Notes under the pieces: generated by a model
The model's input: the letters and a program-made list of their open reading frames with translations, nothing else
The model's database searches: none
Told to the model about the DNA's origin: nothing
Shown here: positions 28,026-41,485 of the stretch, one piece after another
How the letters are laid out: every line of letters begins with the position of its first letter
Numbering within the stretch: position 1 is the first letter of the stretch
DNA from: Octopus sinensis
Taxonomy: Eukaryota
Direction of reading: 5' to 3'
Assembly (NCBI RefSeq): GCF_006345805.1
Contig: NC_043002.1
Coordinates: 28,024,001 to 28,088,000 of the forward strand
DNA length: 64,000 bases
Position numbers and translations under genes: made by a program

Positions 28026-29658
28026 ATTGTCCTCTCGTCTCGGATCTGTTAGCGGGGTATCGTCATTCTTTTGCGTAATGAAACGCCCGTCTGTCCTATG
28101 TATTTTGTTGGATTCCACCGCATGTTATTTAAGCTCTATACGCCAGCAATGGAAAATCTTACCTGGTATATTCATGATCCTATTTCTGAAATGCCTTTCC
28201 TCTCGCTATTATATCCTAGACGTCTCATGCTATATATCACATGTGCTGATGAGAAGAGATACCATTGCCTAGGCCACATCCTCAATATATATCGCGAAAA
28301 ATGCAGAAGTAAGATTGTGTTTATATTATCTTTTTCATGCTTCAGCCAACGTAATTTCAAGCTGAAATTACATTTCATACCCCGGTAGCCTTGATTTTGC
28401 TTTGAATAACTTAGTGAACCAATTACACATGTTTATTGTTTTACCTTCGTCTTTTAATTCTTTATGCAGTAATATGGGTGGTTTCGTCATATTTTGAAGA
28501 CTAGACTTTGGGATGTGCACCCGATATCGTTAGTTTTTTTCCATCGCTAAACAGTGCAAATAATTGAGCAAAACAAATATGAATTCTTGTACAAATTGAA
28601 GACATTGAATCCAACCTATGAACAGATTGATATTTCAACCAGTAAAAGGTTTTACTATATAAAAATGTGTCCAAAGTAAGCAGCATCAAAACAATATGAA
28701 TTGAAATAAAGTACAGAAGCAAATAAAATAACGAAAATGTACTGAGAGTAGTGTTTAGAACTGTTCAATTCCCTGTGTTGATGTGGAATTGGAACTACAG
28801 GAATTTTACAATGAGAATGATATGAGAGATATCAAAGCCAGAAATGAACACTAAAGACGAGAAATCAGTAAGTGTTGATACTGCTACTGCTGCACTCTTG
28901 GATCATGGACGGATGGCCAGAATAGACATTTTTATGTCCAACTGCGACATGGCAACGCGAAGAGACTGGTGATAGGCTCATTTCTTGAATGGTGCTGCTG
29001 ATCGTAGTACTTGCTAAGAAACACAATATTTCTGATGGTTCGTTCATCGTGGTGTATTCAGAGAATATACCACTATGGACGTACATTCAGAATAATCAAG
29101 CACGCAAAAAAGTTGATGCTCAGAGATTTTGTGTATTGTTTGAGAGATCAGACTGTAGCAATAATAACTTCTGTTCAGATATTTCTGCGAGAAATAAATT
29201 CAGCAATAACCAAACTTGCTTTATGCCAGGAAAGATTTCAGTGATGTATTTCATAGATTCTTATGACTCACCATAAACAGCATAGAATAGGTTGACACAT
29301 TATATCCTACTATTTTACACTAAGGCACCACCAAGGTTCTATATTTGGACACAGTTCATTGGATGAAAAGTTTCTTATGACCAAGGCGCACGCATATGCT
29401 GACGACATTTTATGAACTAACTGGAAATGAAGACAAATTGATAATTTTTGCCAACCATCTACATAGTGCTTGTATACAGTTTCGAATGGAAATCTGCGCT
29501 GGTAAAGAATAATAAAACAGTGCAGCAGTTAAGCCAAAACACGGATACAATCATCACCGTTAAATGTTAAAAACCCCAAACCGTCTATAATCTGCAGAAA
29601 TAACGAGTCCACAAACCCAACTCAAGATATATGGAGACAGAAAAACATCACTATGTAG

Positions 29659-29703
29659 AACAAGAACAGACTTTTAATTGCATTAACAAATTTTATACTA
29701 CAG
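29659..29703 (+). CDS. Candidate 45-nt exon (QEQTFNCINKFYTT), phase 1->1, or first exon from ATG 29631
   Basis: Perfect CAG|GTAAGT donor, tag acceptor, in frame with A5; not homologous to A/B exons. Confidence 0.3.
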
Positions 29704-30279
29704 GTAAGTGAATATTAAACCACGTTCGAATCTGATACTGCAACATAATTCTTAATTGACATATATGGTCATTATCCTTTGTGAGTTTTATGAGTTGTAT
29801 GTGAATCCCAAAGTATGTTGGCACCAGCTTTGCGGAATATGACGTCATTCATAATTCTTTCTGTTGCCCCTCTCTAAATAGGATCAGTATCGATAGATGG
29901 AATAAGAATTCTGAATCTCGGCTACCTACAATGCGTCCAGTAATGTCGAATGTATTGTAGCAGATTCTAATGCAGCAGAGGAACGTTGAATGCTTTTGAA
30001 GACATCTGGGTATATTGAGATTAGTTAGTATGTGTTGAATAAATGATATATGACAGTAATGATAGTGGTAATGTCGCTACAAACAAATTTTAATGAGAAT
30101 TTAGATCATTTGTAATAATTGTGGTAGTATATCATAGTAATGATGATATCAATGTTGCTGCAAACAGATCAGGTTAAGAGTCGATCATCAGGATCAGATT
30201 TATTTTTATGATTCTTCTTAAATGCATACATTATACGAATGTTGTTGAAACGACTGGCGTTACTGGAAAATAATTTTCG

Positions 30280-31220
30280 TACGAAACTAGCAAAGTAGCA
30301 CAAGCAATCAGTGATTCACTCGAAGCTAAGATATTTCAGAAAGATCATGACGACATATATAAATGGGCTGGAGAAAATCACATGCAATCTAAGGCAAGAA
30401 AATTATAAACCCTCTGCTAACAGTCAACTTGTTCTAACAGTCAACATAAAAAATACTTTGGACCAAAAGAAGTGACAATTCCTGAGTCAAACACAGTGCA
30501 GGATTTGGAGATTGATATGTTGCTTCGTTTCATGTACATATCAGCAGACGGTGACAATGCGCAGGCGAATTACCAGATGAATTCAAAGAACTTTTTGGTC
30601 AAGGAACAAGAAACTATGCCGGTCTTATGGAGGACATTGAACTACTGCTGTCACCAATAAGCACCCCATAGTGTCAAAATAATTGCGGAACTTGTGTCAG
30701 TTGAGTGGTGCTACACCAAGAATATTGCATCGCTGAAACCATTGACCTACTTGAAATGATTGAAAGAATTACGACTTTACTCACTGGAGGAATGATTGGA
30801 GAGGTATACATAGATATACACACGGAAGATCCTAGAGAGGCTGACACCGATCATGGGCTCCGTGACAATTACACTGGTCTGCGATTAGGACGCAATTGCA
30901 CTTTTCCAGAAGCACCAACCATCTTGTGTATGGTAAGGACGAGGTGCTGCAATATCTGGGTTTTTAAAAGCTCACTATCATTTGATATCTTTCCGAAAAC
31001 CTAATGAATGTACATGTAGCGGAGGTAGATGTTATCAAGAAACACCTTCACCTTCAGCTATAGAAGATCCCAGATGAGACTACATGACAGAATAAACTTA
31101 AAAGCGAGTAGCACTACCAAACACACCTATTCCTCAAATACCATACACAAGAGAATGTCAGTTGAACAGGTGATGATTATGGTGGTAGCCCCAGCATGAC
31201 TACAGCTTTTGGGAACGCAA
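30280..31220 (+). mobile_element. Degenerate CR1-type LINE 3' fragment
   Basis: Alignable by eye to 2100-3050 (IYKWAGENHMQ, IPES.TV.DL.IDM, ggtggtagccccagcatg). Confidence 0.7.
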
Positions 31221-31426
31221 AAAAATAATGAAAGAATAACAGAATATGTGTTGCAATTTTGTGTTCGTGTGGTTTGACATATTCCCTACCATGTCAATTT
31301 TGCGCCAGTTACTTTGCACCAGCAGTGTAATTTCGGTTTATATTATGGGTGTTTTAATTTTTAAACCATCTGATTCTCTATGGTAAGAATATTTAAGAAT
31401 TAAGAATGAAAGTATGTAATTTGCAG

Positions 31427-31526
31427 TACCACTGGAAGCAGCTGACTGCCAAGGAGTATACAGTTCAACTTGCTACCCAGCCATAAGAGACTACCCGGTA
31501 ACATATCCAGATACGAACATCTGCCC
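31427..31526 (+). CDS. Exon A5 (PLEAADCQGVYSSTCYPAIRDYPVTYPDTNIC)
   Basis: tttgcag acceptor, gttcgt donor, 100 nt, phase 1->2. Confidence 0.82.
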
Positions 31527-32514
31527 GTTCGTATATATGTTTGCTACTACTGTTTCTATTATTATTATATCTTATATTTAAATTTTTATTTGTTTACATA
31601 AATGAAAAGCCGAGTGGTTAAGATTACTTGGCAGTCAGGTGGTTTTGTATTTAGTTTCACTTCTCAGTACATTTGAAAATGTGCATGTATATACACAGGA
31701 ATGTGTGGTTGTATATATTTGGAAAGCATGTGCTTGTCATTTACAATTTGACAACCGCTGTAGTTTTGTTTACATCCCCGTGACTTAGCAGCTCTTGAAA
31801 GAAAGGCTAACAGAATACCTACCAGATTTAAATGAAGTCATGTGATGCATACGATCAATTAATCCAAGCAAATACTTCAGTCTATTACTGGTGTCAGCCA
31901 TAGAGTAATAAACTAAAGCAATACAGCGATATCGTTGGAATGCAGTATCTCAATAGTATACTGCATCTGATCGGTACTAAATGTATTTTCTACTACAGGC
32001 ACAAGGCCTGAAATTTTGTGGTAGTAGGCTAGCCGATACCATTGAACCCAGTGAGCAACCGATGCTTTATTTTATCAACCACCGATAGGTTGAAAGGTAA
32101 AGTTGACCTCGGAGACGTTTGAACTCAGAACGTAAAGCCGGACCAAGTGCCGCTAAGCATTTTGTCCAGTGTACAATCGATTTTGAATTCAACGCATGTT
32201 TAGTAGGTTATTAAATCTAAAACTCATTTGTATTATATTGACAAGTACACAAATGCGGGGCTAGACAACAGACTGCCAAGTGTTAACTCCTGACCCTGGC
32301 TATGAATAATTTCGTAAATACCAGATGTATGAAAAGATAGTTACACATCGCACAATGTAAATAATGATTATATTGCTAAATATTTTAAACTGGAACATCT
32401 TCACTCCAAAAATTCAATTTATATGTAAAATTTATGAATGATGTTTGTTCTTGTTTTCTTTTGTTTCTTTTTTAATTTGGAAGTAATGTATACTGACATA
32501 TTTTCCTCATCCAG

Positions 32515-32606
32515 GCGCCTTGTGGTTTTTAAAACATGTGCTGACAAATACACAGACCAACATTGTTTCGAGTCCTTTCAAAAAGCCTATAAAGTTTATT
32601 GCCCTG
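32515..32606 (+). CDS. Exon B5 (RLVVFKTCADKYTDQHCFESFQKAYKVYCP)
   Basis: ccag acceptor, G|gtaag donor, 92 nt, phase 2->1. Confidence 0.85.
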
Positions 32607-32947
32607 GTAAGATCATATTAATAATTTAGAATTGCTGGCAGAAACATAGTGTCTGTGAACAATAATCGAATAAATTAAAGTATGGAAATGAGCAGTATTA
32701 TAATAAGAATTTTCTTTAACTCTACATGAGATATCTCAACGAATTGTCAAACACAAAACCGCAAACTTTCATACAGAAAGTATCTTTGTCATAAAAATAC
32801 ATAACATAGTTTACAACTCATAACACTGATTAAGACTAGACTTGAATGGATTAATTTATGTTTTAGGATGAAATATTTCCTTAAATTTACATTTCCTAAG
32901 AATTTTATGTACGACAAAAATAAATTATCACATTTGTATACTTTCAG

Positions 32948-33038
32948 AGAAAGACAGCTGCGTAGATTTATTCAAAGTATATTGTCCCCAAGCCGAAGAA
33001 AATTATCCCATACGTGAAGATGGATCTAATTATTGCAA
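32948..33038 (+). CDS. Exon A6 (KDSCVDLFKVYCPQAEENYPIREDGSNYC)
   Basis: tttcag acceptor, gtagat donor, 91 nt, phase 1->2. Confidence 0.82.
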
Positions 33039-34059
33039 GTAGATATACATTCTTTTATTTTTGCTTCTCTGGCTATTATTATTGCACATAACATTTACAT
33101 GCTAATATATTTATTTATACAGTGGTACTATCAAATATTACTATCTGTTATATTGGTAAGGCAGCGAGCAAGTAGAATCGTTACCACACCGAACAAAATA
33201 CTTAGGGGTATTTCGTTCGTCCCTATGATCTGAGTTCAAATTCAGTGGAGGCCGACTTTGCATTTAATCCTTTCAGGATTGATCAATTAACTATAACTAC
33301 CAGTTGCACACTAGAGTCGATATAATCGACTTACCTCTCCTCCAAAATTGCCGGTCTTGTGCCAAAATTTGAAGCCAATTATTGTTGGATTGATGCAAAC
33401 CTAGAAATGCCTGCTGGAGTGTACTAGATGCAATAGGAAACAGTAATTTATTAGTGATAACAGCATCAATCTAAGAATAGGCTGTGTCGAGGACAATAGA
33501 TCTTGAAAGAACACTTGGCATTCTAATAATTAATTTTACTATTTTTTACTAATATTTTACTAATTCCTATATATTTTACTATATTTTACTAATTCCTACT
33601 ATTTTCTACAAATCCTTAAATGTAAAATTAGGAGTGTTTTTTTTAATTATTTGCATTAGTTTTTTAAATATATGTTTTAAAATGCTTTAACAACTCATAA
33701 TAATGTTAGCTCATCTTGAAAAACGTATAATTCTTATTTTTTCAAAGTATGATTAGGCATGTTTTACTGTTTTTGTTTTGTGCGGGTTTTTTTTTTTCTC
33801 ACAATTAGCATTAAAACAATTTTCAAGCAAATTTCTCTGGGAAGTTCACATGTTTTAAAAATCTTACGCTTCATTGTCAGGGATCCACTGGGTTAGGAAT
33901 CAGCTCGTAAAATATATGCATGTTAGACACTCTGGTACATAGTTTGTTACTTCTAGTGCAATTGAATCACACTACGTCGATGAACAGAAATGCTGCCAAA
34001 TATATTTAGGGTTTTCACTTTTCTTATTTTGTAATTGGTCCCTTTTTTGTATATTCCAG

Positions 34060-34148
34060 TCGCTTGTTTAGATATGAATCATGTGCAATTCAAAGGAAGC
34101 ATAACTGCACAAATCACTTCAATATGATGACTTTCTTTGTTTGTGACG
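34060..34148 (+). CDS. Exon B6 (RLFRYESCAIQRKHNCTNHFNMMTFFVCD)
   Basis: ttccag acceptor, G|gtacg donor (as B1), 89 nt, phase 2->1. Confidence 0.82.
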
Positions 34149-34897
34149 GTACGATATTCTTAATATATTTTAACAAAATGGCTGTACCAACGCTATAAAT
34201 TCCAAACAGAAATTGCATTCGTCAAGTTACGTTTATAATAACTTTAAATAAATCTTTGGAAAGAAATATTGGCCTGTAACAGTGTTAGTATGCATTGATT
34301 TACCTTCAACTCTCACTTCCTGATGGTGTCATAAGAGCGGCTATATATAATGTGTGCTACGTTTTCTGGTCACTACCACTTCTAAATTTACTTACGCCTC
34401 TTTGCTCTTCTTCTGTGATGTTATCTTTCTCAGTTATTAATTTTTGCAGGTACATTCTGGGTGCTACCTTGCCTGTAAGACTGATGTTACTGACAGTAAA
34501 ATCATTCAGATATCGTTAGTGTTCCTGCATTATAGAATATGATACAAATAACTGAATTATTAAGGTATCCTCGGTATGGAAGAAATAGCTTCCATCAGCG
34601 AAGACCCAACTCGCTACCTCACTAATTCAATGACCACTTTTTCTTGTTAAGCCAGGGATTAGTGGACATATAAAAACAGATTTAAGCCGTAGAAAGATTA
34701 CAAATGCATAAATGGAGTATCGTAAATTACCAAAATAGCTAGCTTGCTGGGTATGCCTTCAGTTTGCTGACCATATCGTTTTGCAATGTTCCTAATTGAG
34801 CGGCCAGGCATTATCCGTTCGAAATAGGAAACATTCAATGAGGATTTGGAACAGTGTTTTCAGCCTTTTTAGGAGAGAGATAGACAGACAAACAGAA

Positions 34898-34969
<72 letters not shown>

Positions 34970-34972
<3 letters not shown>

Positions 34973-36410
34973 CTTTATTAGCCATGCGGGGCCCAACACA
35001 GAGGGATACAATATAATTAGAATTTTTCTTTTCCGAAAACTATCAATTAGAATTTTTCTTTTTCGAAAACTATCAAAAGTGATCGAAAAACGTTTTGGGA
35101 CGTGTACACAAGGAAATTACAAAAATGTCGTTTTTAACAATTAGAGTTCCCAAAAGGGTGAGCGAATATAACATTGAATAGGTTTATCTGTAGAAAGAAA
35201 AACCTACGAAAAGGAACCACGGTACCCTCGGAAATGAAAGCAAAACCTTAACATGAAAGCAAAGCACTTCTTCTCTATTTCTTTTATAGAATCATTCTCA
35301 AGGTGTTTCCATTATCCATGCGTACCATCTTTGCCACATTCACCCACCTTTTGTTAAAATTTCCATTAGAGAAAACTTCCCTCTCTATTCTTACATTCCT
35401 TTTTAAGTGATGAGATGTTGGCCAGAGAGGAAAGATTTTGTCTTTAAACCTTTCAAACGAGTCCACCATAACATTCTTTTATCATAGCCACCAATACAAT
35501 GAAAACTACATTGCCCTCCCGGTTAAAGGATAGTGGCGAGGCAATATTGACGATAGACTCGGCTGACAACTGAATTCCTCCCGCACGTGACAGCAGCCGT
35601 TCGACATAGTCCCACAGGTCTGAAATGGTTGGACATTGCACAACTGCATGCAGAACGGTTTCGTCGCTCTGTCCGCATCTGAGGCAGGTCGGTTTCTTGA
35701 AACGTGGCTGTAGAGCTTATCTTGAATGGCCAATGCTTTCCGATAGCACTTCCAGGCCAGGGAACTCTGGAAATTGTCCATAAGTTCTAGCCAGAAAGTG
35801 GTCCTGAAGAGGCGGGTCAAGAATTCCCCGGTGGCACCCAGGGTCTCCCCCAAAACGTCGTTGTACCTCCCCTCCACTAAAATTCTATAGAACTCTTTCG
35901 TGGAATTGAAGTTGCACAAATTTGATCCCGGACCGCAGAGTTGCTGGAGAGCCTGGCGACACTCGCGGTTCCACTCTCCCAGCGTCGGTCTCAGTTTGAT
36001 CCATGATTGGAGTTCGGTCAATAAAACAAGCTGCAGGAAGGCGCGTCTCACAAAAGGTGACCACCTCTGTTCACCGACGTCTATGAGATGCTGGAGATGT
36101 TGCAGTCTCAGCGCATGTCCGCGCATCATCAACCACGGCATGCCCACCCCACAATTTAGCGGATGTTGGCAGAAAATAGATCACCTGACCATCGGAAAGC
36201 ATCCCTTCCACAGAAAGCGGAAGACTATGCGTCCCAGATTCGTGATGGTAGGATCGGATCAAGGCACAACGGTCAAACGGTAGTAGATAACGGATGCGAT
36301 ATACGCATTCGCCACCTCAGCCCGAACTTTTAGAGATAGCCTCCTTTCGGCCAAACTACCTGGTGAGAGTGGCCACCTTACTCGTTATCTCATCCCAGTT
36401 CTTCTCCATG
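34970..36410 (-). mobile_element. Tx1/L1-like LINE 3' remnant
   Basis: MEKNWDEITSKV...RLSLKVRAEVAN.YIASVIYYRL; LAWKCYR.AL...CLRCGQSDETVLHAVVQC (C-terminal zinc knuckle). Confidence 0.75.
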
Positions 36411-36640
36411 TACATACATACATACGTACATAAATACATACATACATACATACATACATACATACATACATACATACATACATACATACATGCATACATA
36501 CGTACATACATACATACGTTCGTACATACATACGTACGTACATACATACGTACGTACATACATACATACATACATACATACATACATACATACATACATA
36601 CATACATACATACGTACGTACGTACGTATGTATGTACATG
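36409..36640. repeat. (CATA)n/(CGTA)n tetranucleotide microsatellite flanked by short inverted duplication
   Basis: catcccagttcttctccatgtacatac (36391) vs gtatgtacatggagaagaactgggatg (36630-36656). Confidence 0.85.
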
Positions 36641-37399
36641 GAGAAGAACTGGGATGTATAAGCATCTAAATATGTTCTAGTACGCTTCTTAATCTAACAT
36701 TGTCATATTAAGTATATATTTTGAGTGACTGCTCTGTGAGGGAAAGGTTTAAAAACAATGTATGACATGACATGTACTGTATCACGCTATCCTCAAAATT
36801 ACAGATTAAATTGGTTTTTAAAAGAGAAATCTGTTCAAGCTTCGGGAACTGAAACTTTTTATTTAAAAACATAATTCGAATGTTCTTGAGAAATATTAGG
36901 AGAATGATAGCGTTATAAACGCCTACATACAAAATTCTTTACCAAATCTATTTTGTATAGAGGCACTACGCTACACAAAGAAAACATAATCAGAAAGAAC
37001 ATGGTATGCACCATTCATCCACAACATAATGTTTATGCTATATATATCTGCATATCATTGGAAACTAATAAGAGAATATAAATACTCAGAGGAAACCTAA
37101 AACTATCATGACAGTTACCGACATTTTCAAATACACATAACACCAAAATCAAGATAAGGTGCAATATTTTAATAATTATTAAATTTATTTTTATTCTACC
37201 ATTAATACTACACTAGCAGCTCAACAATTTTTGTGCACATCACAGGGTCTAATAACGTCAATGCCATTCTCAACCACTATCTTGTGGATGACAAGAGATA
37301 ACTTTGAAACATATTTGCATTAGATACTTAGATTTATGGTATATCATGTAATATTTTGTCTTTATGTTATGGCTTAATCCTAAATTATCGTATTTCTAG

Positions 37400-37499
37400 G
37401 ATATGAAGTACGAAGTGACTGCGAAAAAAGATACTTGCCACAATGTGTTGAAATCTTGAAGCATTACCCTTTGGAACGTACGGATCAGCACCGCTGCTC
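37400..37499 (+). CDS. Exon A7 (YEVRSDCEKRYLPQCVEILKHYPLERTDQHRC)
   Basis: tttctag acceptor, gtatgt donor, 100 nt, phase 1->2. Confidence 0.82.
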
Positions 37500-38622
37500 G
37501 TATGTATTCATATATTTACAACTACTACTACTTCTACAATTAATACATATATTTAAATCAGTGGTTGTGACGTTAAAAAGGTCGCTGATCAGTGACGTGG
37601 TTTCGGTTATAATTCCATTGCAATCGACTGATGTCTTGTAACTGAATATCTGAAGCCGAAACTTTTCGGAAGACCATGTAGCGTATTTTTATGTGCGCGT
37701 ATGCATGTGTGGATGTGTATATATATGGAAGTGTATGTCTCTTACTACTTGACAAGTTTGTTTACACCCCGTAATTTAGAGGCTCATTAATACAAAGACT
37801 AACTGAATACCTACCTGCTTTAAATGAGGTAACAGTATTGATATGATCAATAAACATACTCAAAACTAATACCCCAAACATGGCTTCTCTCCAATGACTG
37901 AAACCAGTAATAGAGTAATACAATGAACAATACAACGACATCGTTAGCAGCTATGTACTATTTCTTACATTGACACAGAACTAGAAATAATTACTTGGTG
38001 CAGTGTTCCAATAGTGTACTGTATCCGATTTGTACTGAACATATCGACCTCAAAATGGAGTAAACCAACCACATTCAGAATTCGACACAAGTTATCAAGT
38101 TATTAAATATAGTTGTATCCCGTGGAAATTTCACAGTTATTTTGAAAATTATATGTGTAATTTTCTGAGCCATTAAATCCTTGAGATGATGTAAAACTCC
38201 GTACAAGTAATAATAAAGGTATAATCTCAAGAAACATCTGAATGATTTTATATTATTACATCTACTTTGTGAATTGTCTGTTATTTTTCACTTTGTCTTA
38301 AACAGTAATCAGTATTAACTATGAAGCAAAATCAAATATATTATCTATAATCCTATTTTTCTTCAATACATTGGTAAAATTTTAACAAATGTTAATATGA
38401 CTATTTAATAAAAAGCCTCATCAATCTTTTTCTTTAACATTTTTCACTGTTCCCTTCAGCAAATACATTCTCTCTCTTACTTTTTCTTCCCCTTTCTCCG
38501 TTTACTTCTTTCTCCTGCGTCAAATGTTCTCTTCCCTATTCTCTTTCTCTACCTCTTCCTTCGACTATTTAACCACATACCTTAATAGCAAACCTTTCCT
38601 CCTAGCTCTCAATGCTGACCCT

Positions 38623-38663
<41 letters not shown>

Positions 38664-39821
38664 CCTCTCTCTTTGTGTCAGGTGACTTTGTAGCACTGCT
38701 GGTAACATGTAACCCAGTACAACCTGTTGCATGGTCGGGTCATCGGCGACTAAGCCGTCAACCTCACCAGGCTTGATTGGTGAGGTGGGTGTTTATTGGT
38801 CACCCTGCGGGATGAAAAACAGAACCCGTCAAAGTGCGGAGGAACTCTTGAGAGTCAGCGGCCATCCAATAAATGTGTATTTTATTTTCTTAAGGCTTAA
38901 GGCTGTATCATGTGCGGGAACATAGAAATAATCGGACTGAATACCCGATCGCGCAGTTAAACCATTGGAAGTGAAGGACTCCTAGCCTTTGTTAGAGCAT
39001 CCTTCTAGGAGAAGGCAACTCAGGTAACTGGGATAACTCCGACATAAGACCTGCGGCTCAGTGGTTACCGAAGATGTTGACTTGCTCTTCTTTTCAGATT
39101 ATGGCTGCTGTTGCTTAGTGAGTGGGATTGACTCAGTGCACAGCATTTCTTCACTTTAAAGAAAATTTTCTTGCACAGGCATTGCACGATAACAACATTG
39201 TTCATGATTGTTGATGGTGCTGTGAGTCTCAACTGAATGGCTGGCTGTAGCCTTAAAAAGCAAATAAAAGTCACATTCGATCACGGTACCAATAACAGTT
39301 AAGCTTTGTGAAATGGCCATACTCGATAACGAGGGGGCAGCCATCATATATATATATATAGCTTTCTCTATTTCTTTCTTTTGTCTTTCGTGTCTACTTC
39401 TTTCTCTCACTCCACCCCTACCTCTCATTCCACCTCCTTTTCTCACTCTCACTCTACCTCCACCTCTATCTTTCTCTATCTAACTAACATGCGACGTGCG
39501 AACGAACAAGCAGAATTATAGATAAAACTGGTTTCTACTATATGGACAAGTATACAAATATGGAGCAGGTAACGCACTGTTAAGTATAACTCCTGCTTCT
39601 GGCTACAAATGATTTTCTTAATACCGGAAGTATGAATGGATAGTTATAAATTGCAGGAAGATGAGCTCACAATGTAAATAGCAACTATATTGACAGATAT
39701 TTTAAACTGGTACATACTATTTTCAATACGAAAATTCGAAATATTTTCAGATTTACGGATAATGCGTCGTTTCGTCTTTTAACTTGGAAATAATTTTTAC
39801 CAATTTATTTTCCTCATTTAG

Positions 39822-39913
39822 GCGCTTTGTCCTGTACAAAACGTGTGCTCAGAAATTCAATGACAGACATTGCTCGGAAACATTTCAAAGAAGATTTGAA
39901 GCTGATTGCCCTA
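39822..39913 (+). CDS. Exon B7 (RFVLYKTCAQKFNDRHCSETFQRRFEADCP)
   Basis: tttag acceptor, A|gtaag donor, 92 nt, phase 2->1. Confidence 0.85.
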
Positions 39914-40054
39914 GTAAGATTATTATATTAATATCTATTTATTAAGACAAGAAATAAATATTTCGATTTATGTTTTATGATGTAAAGTTTTAATAAAATT
40001 TTCAAGAACTTTAAGAAGTAAAGAACTAAAACATCAAAGTTTTAAACTTTTCAG

Positions 40055-40148
40055 AGAAAGAAGACTGCATGGATATATTCAAAAATTGTCCGCTACCCGA
40101 AGAGGATATTTTCATAGAAGTATCATTTACAGAAATGGCGACCTGCAG
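40055..40148 (+). CDS. Exon A8 (KEDCMDIFKNCPLPEEDIFIEVSFTEMATC)
   Basis: ttttcag acceptor, AG|gtacat donor, 94 nt, phase 1->2; spacing C-x6-C-x18-C. Confidence 0.8.
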
Positions 40149-40564
40149 GTACATATATATATATATATATATTTTACTTCTGTCACTATTATTATTACGT
40201 CTAATTACCTCTAATATTTATATAGTAGATTAACTACTAATATTTCTTACATTGTTACAAACCTAGAAATACTTATGTAGGAGAACTGGGGTCAAAAGGA
40301 AACAGCTATCGGTCAAAGAACGGTGCTTATTCACGAAAATATCAAATGATCCAGCTTTTACCAAATTCATAAATATTTAAGTAATTTCAAATACAATCAC
40401 GCGTCTTATAATTTTAGGACAATAGTCCTTGAATGTATCGTGTTAGATTTTGAAATATAATTCAATGATAATGTTCGAAAATAATGGTAGAAAACTGAGA
40501 GTAATGTTCGAAAAACGTGTTATTCAATTTTCTTTTTATTTACAAAAAAGACCAGTCATTTTTG

Positions 40565-41330
<766 letters not shown>

Positions 41331-41485
41331 GGTAATAGTATTAAAAAAGTTTCGAAGAAACATTCCATACGAAATTTGTTAGTATTTTTGTCAAATTATA
41401 TCTTCATTTTCAGAGATCTGCTAGTTAGGAATTAGTTTGTAAAGCATATTTTCTGTTTCATTAGGAAATATTTTACCAGTCCCGG

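Noticed and set aside
28750-29280. Possible DNA transposon coding remnant
   Set aside because: No diagnostic motif or termini recognised
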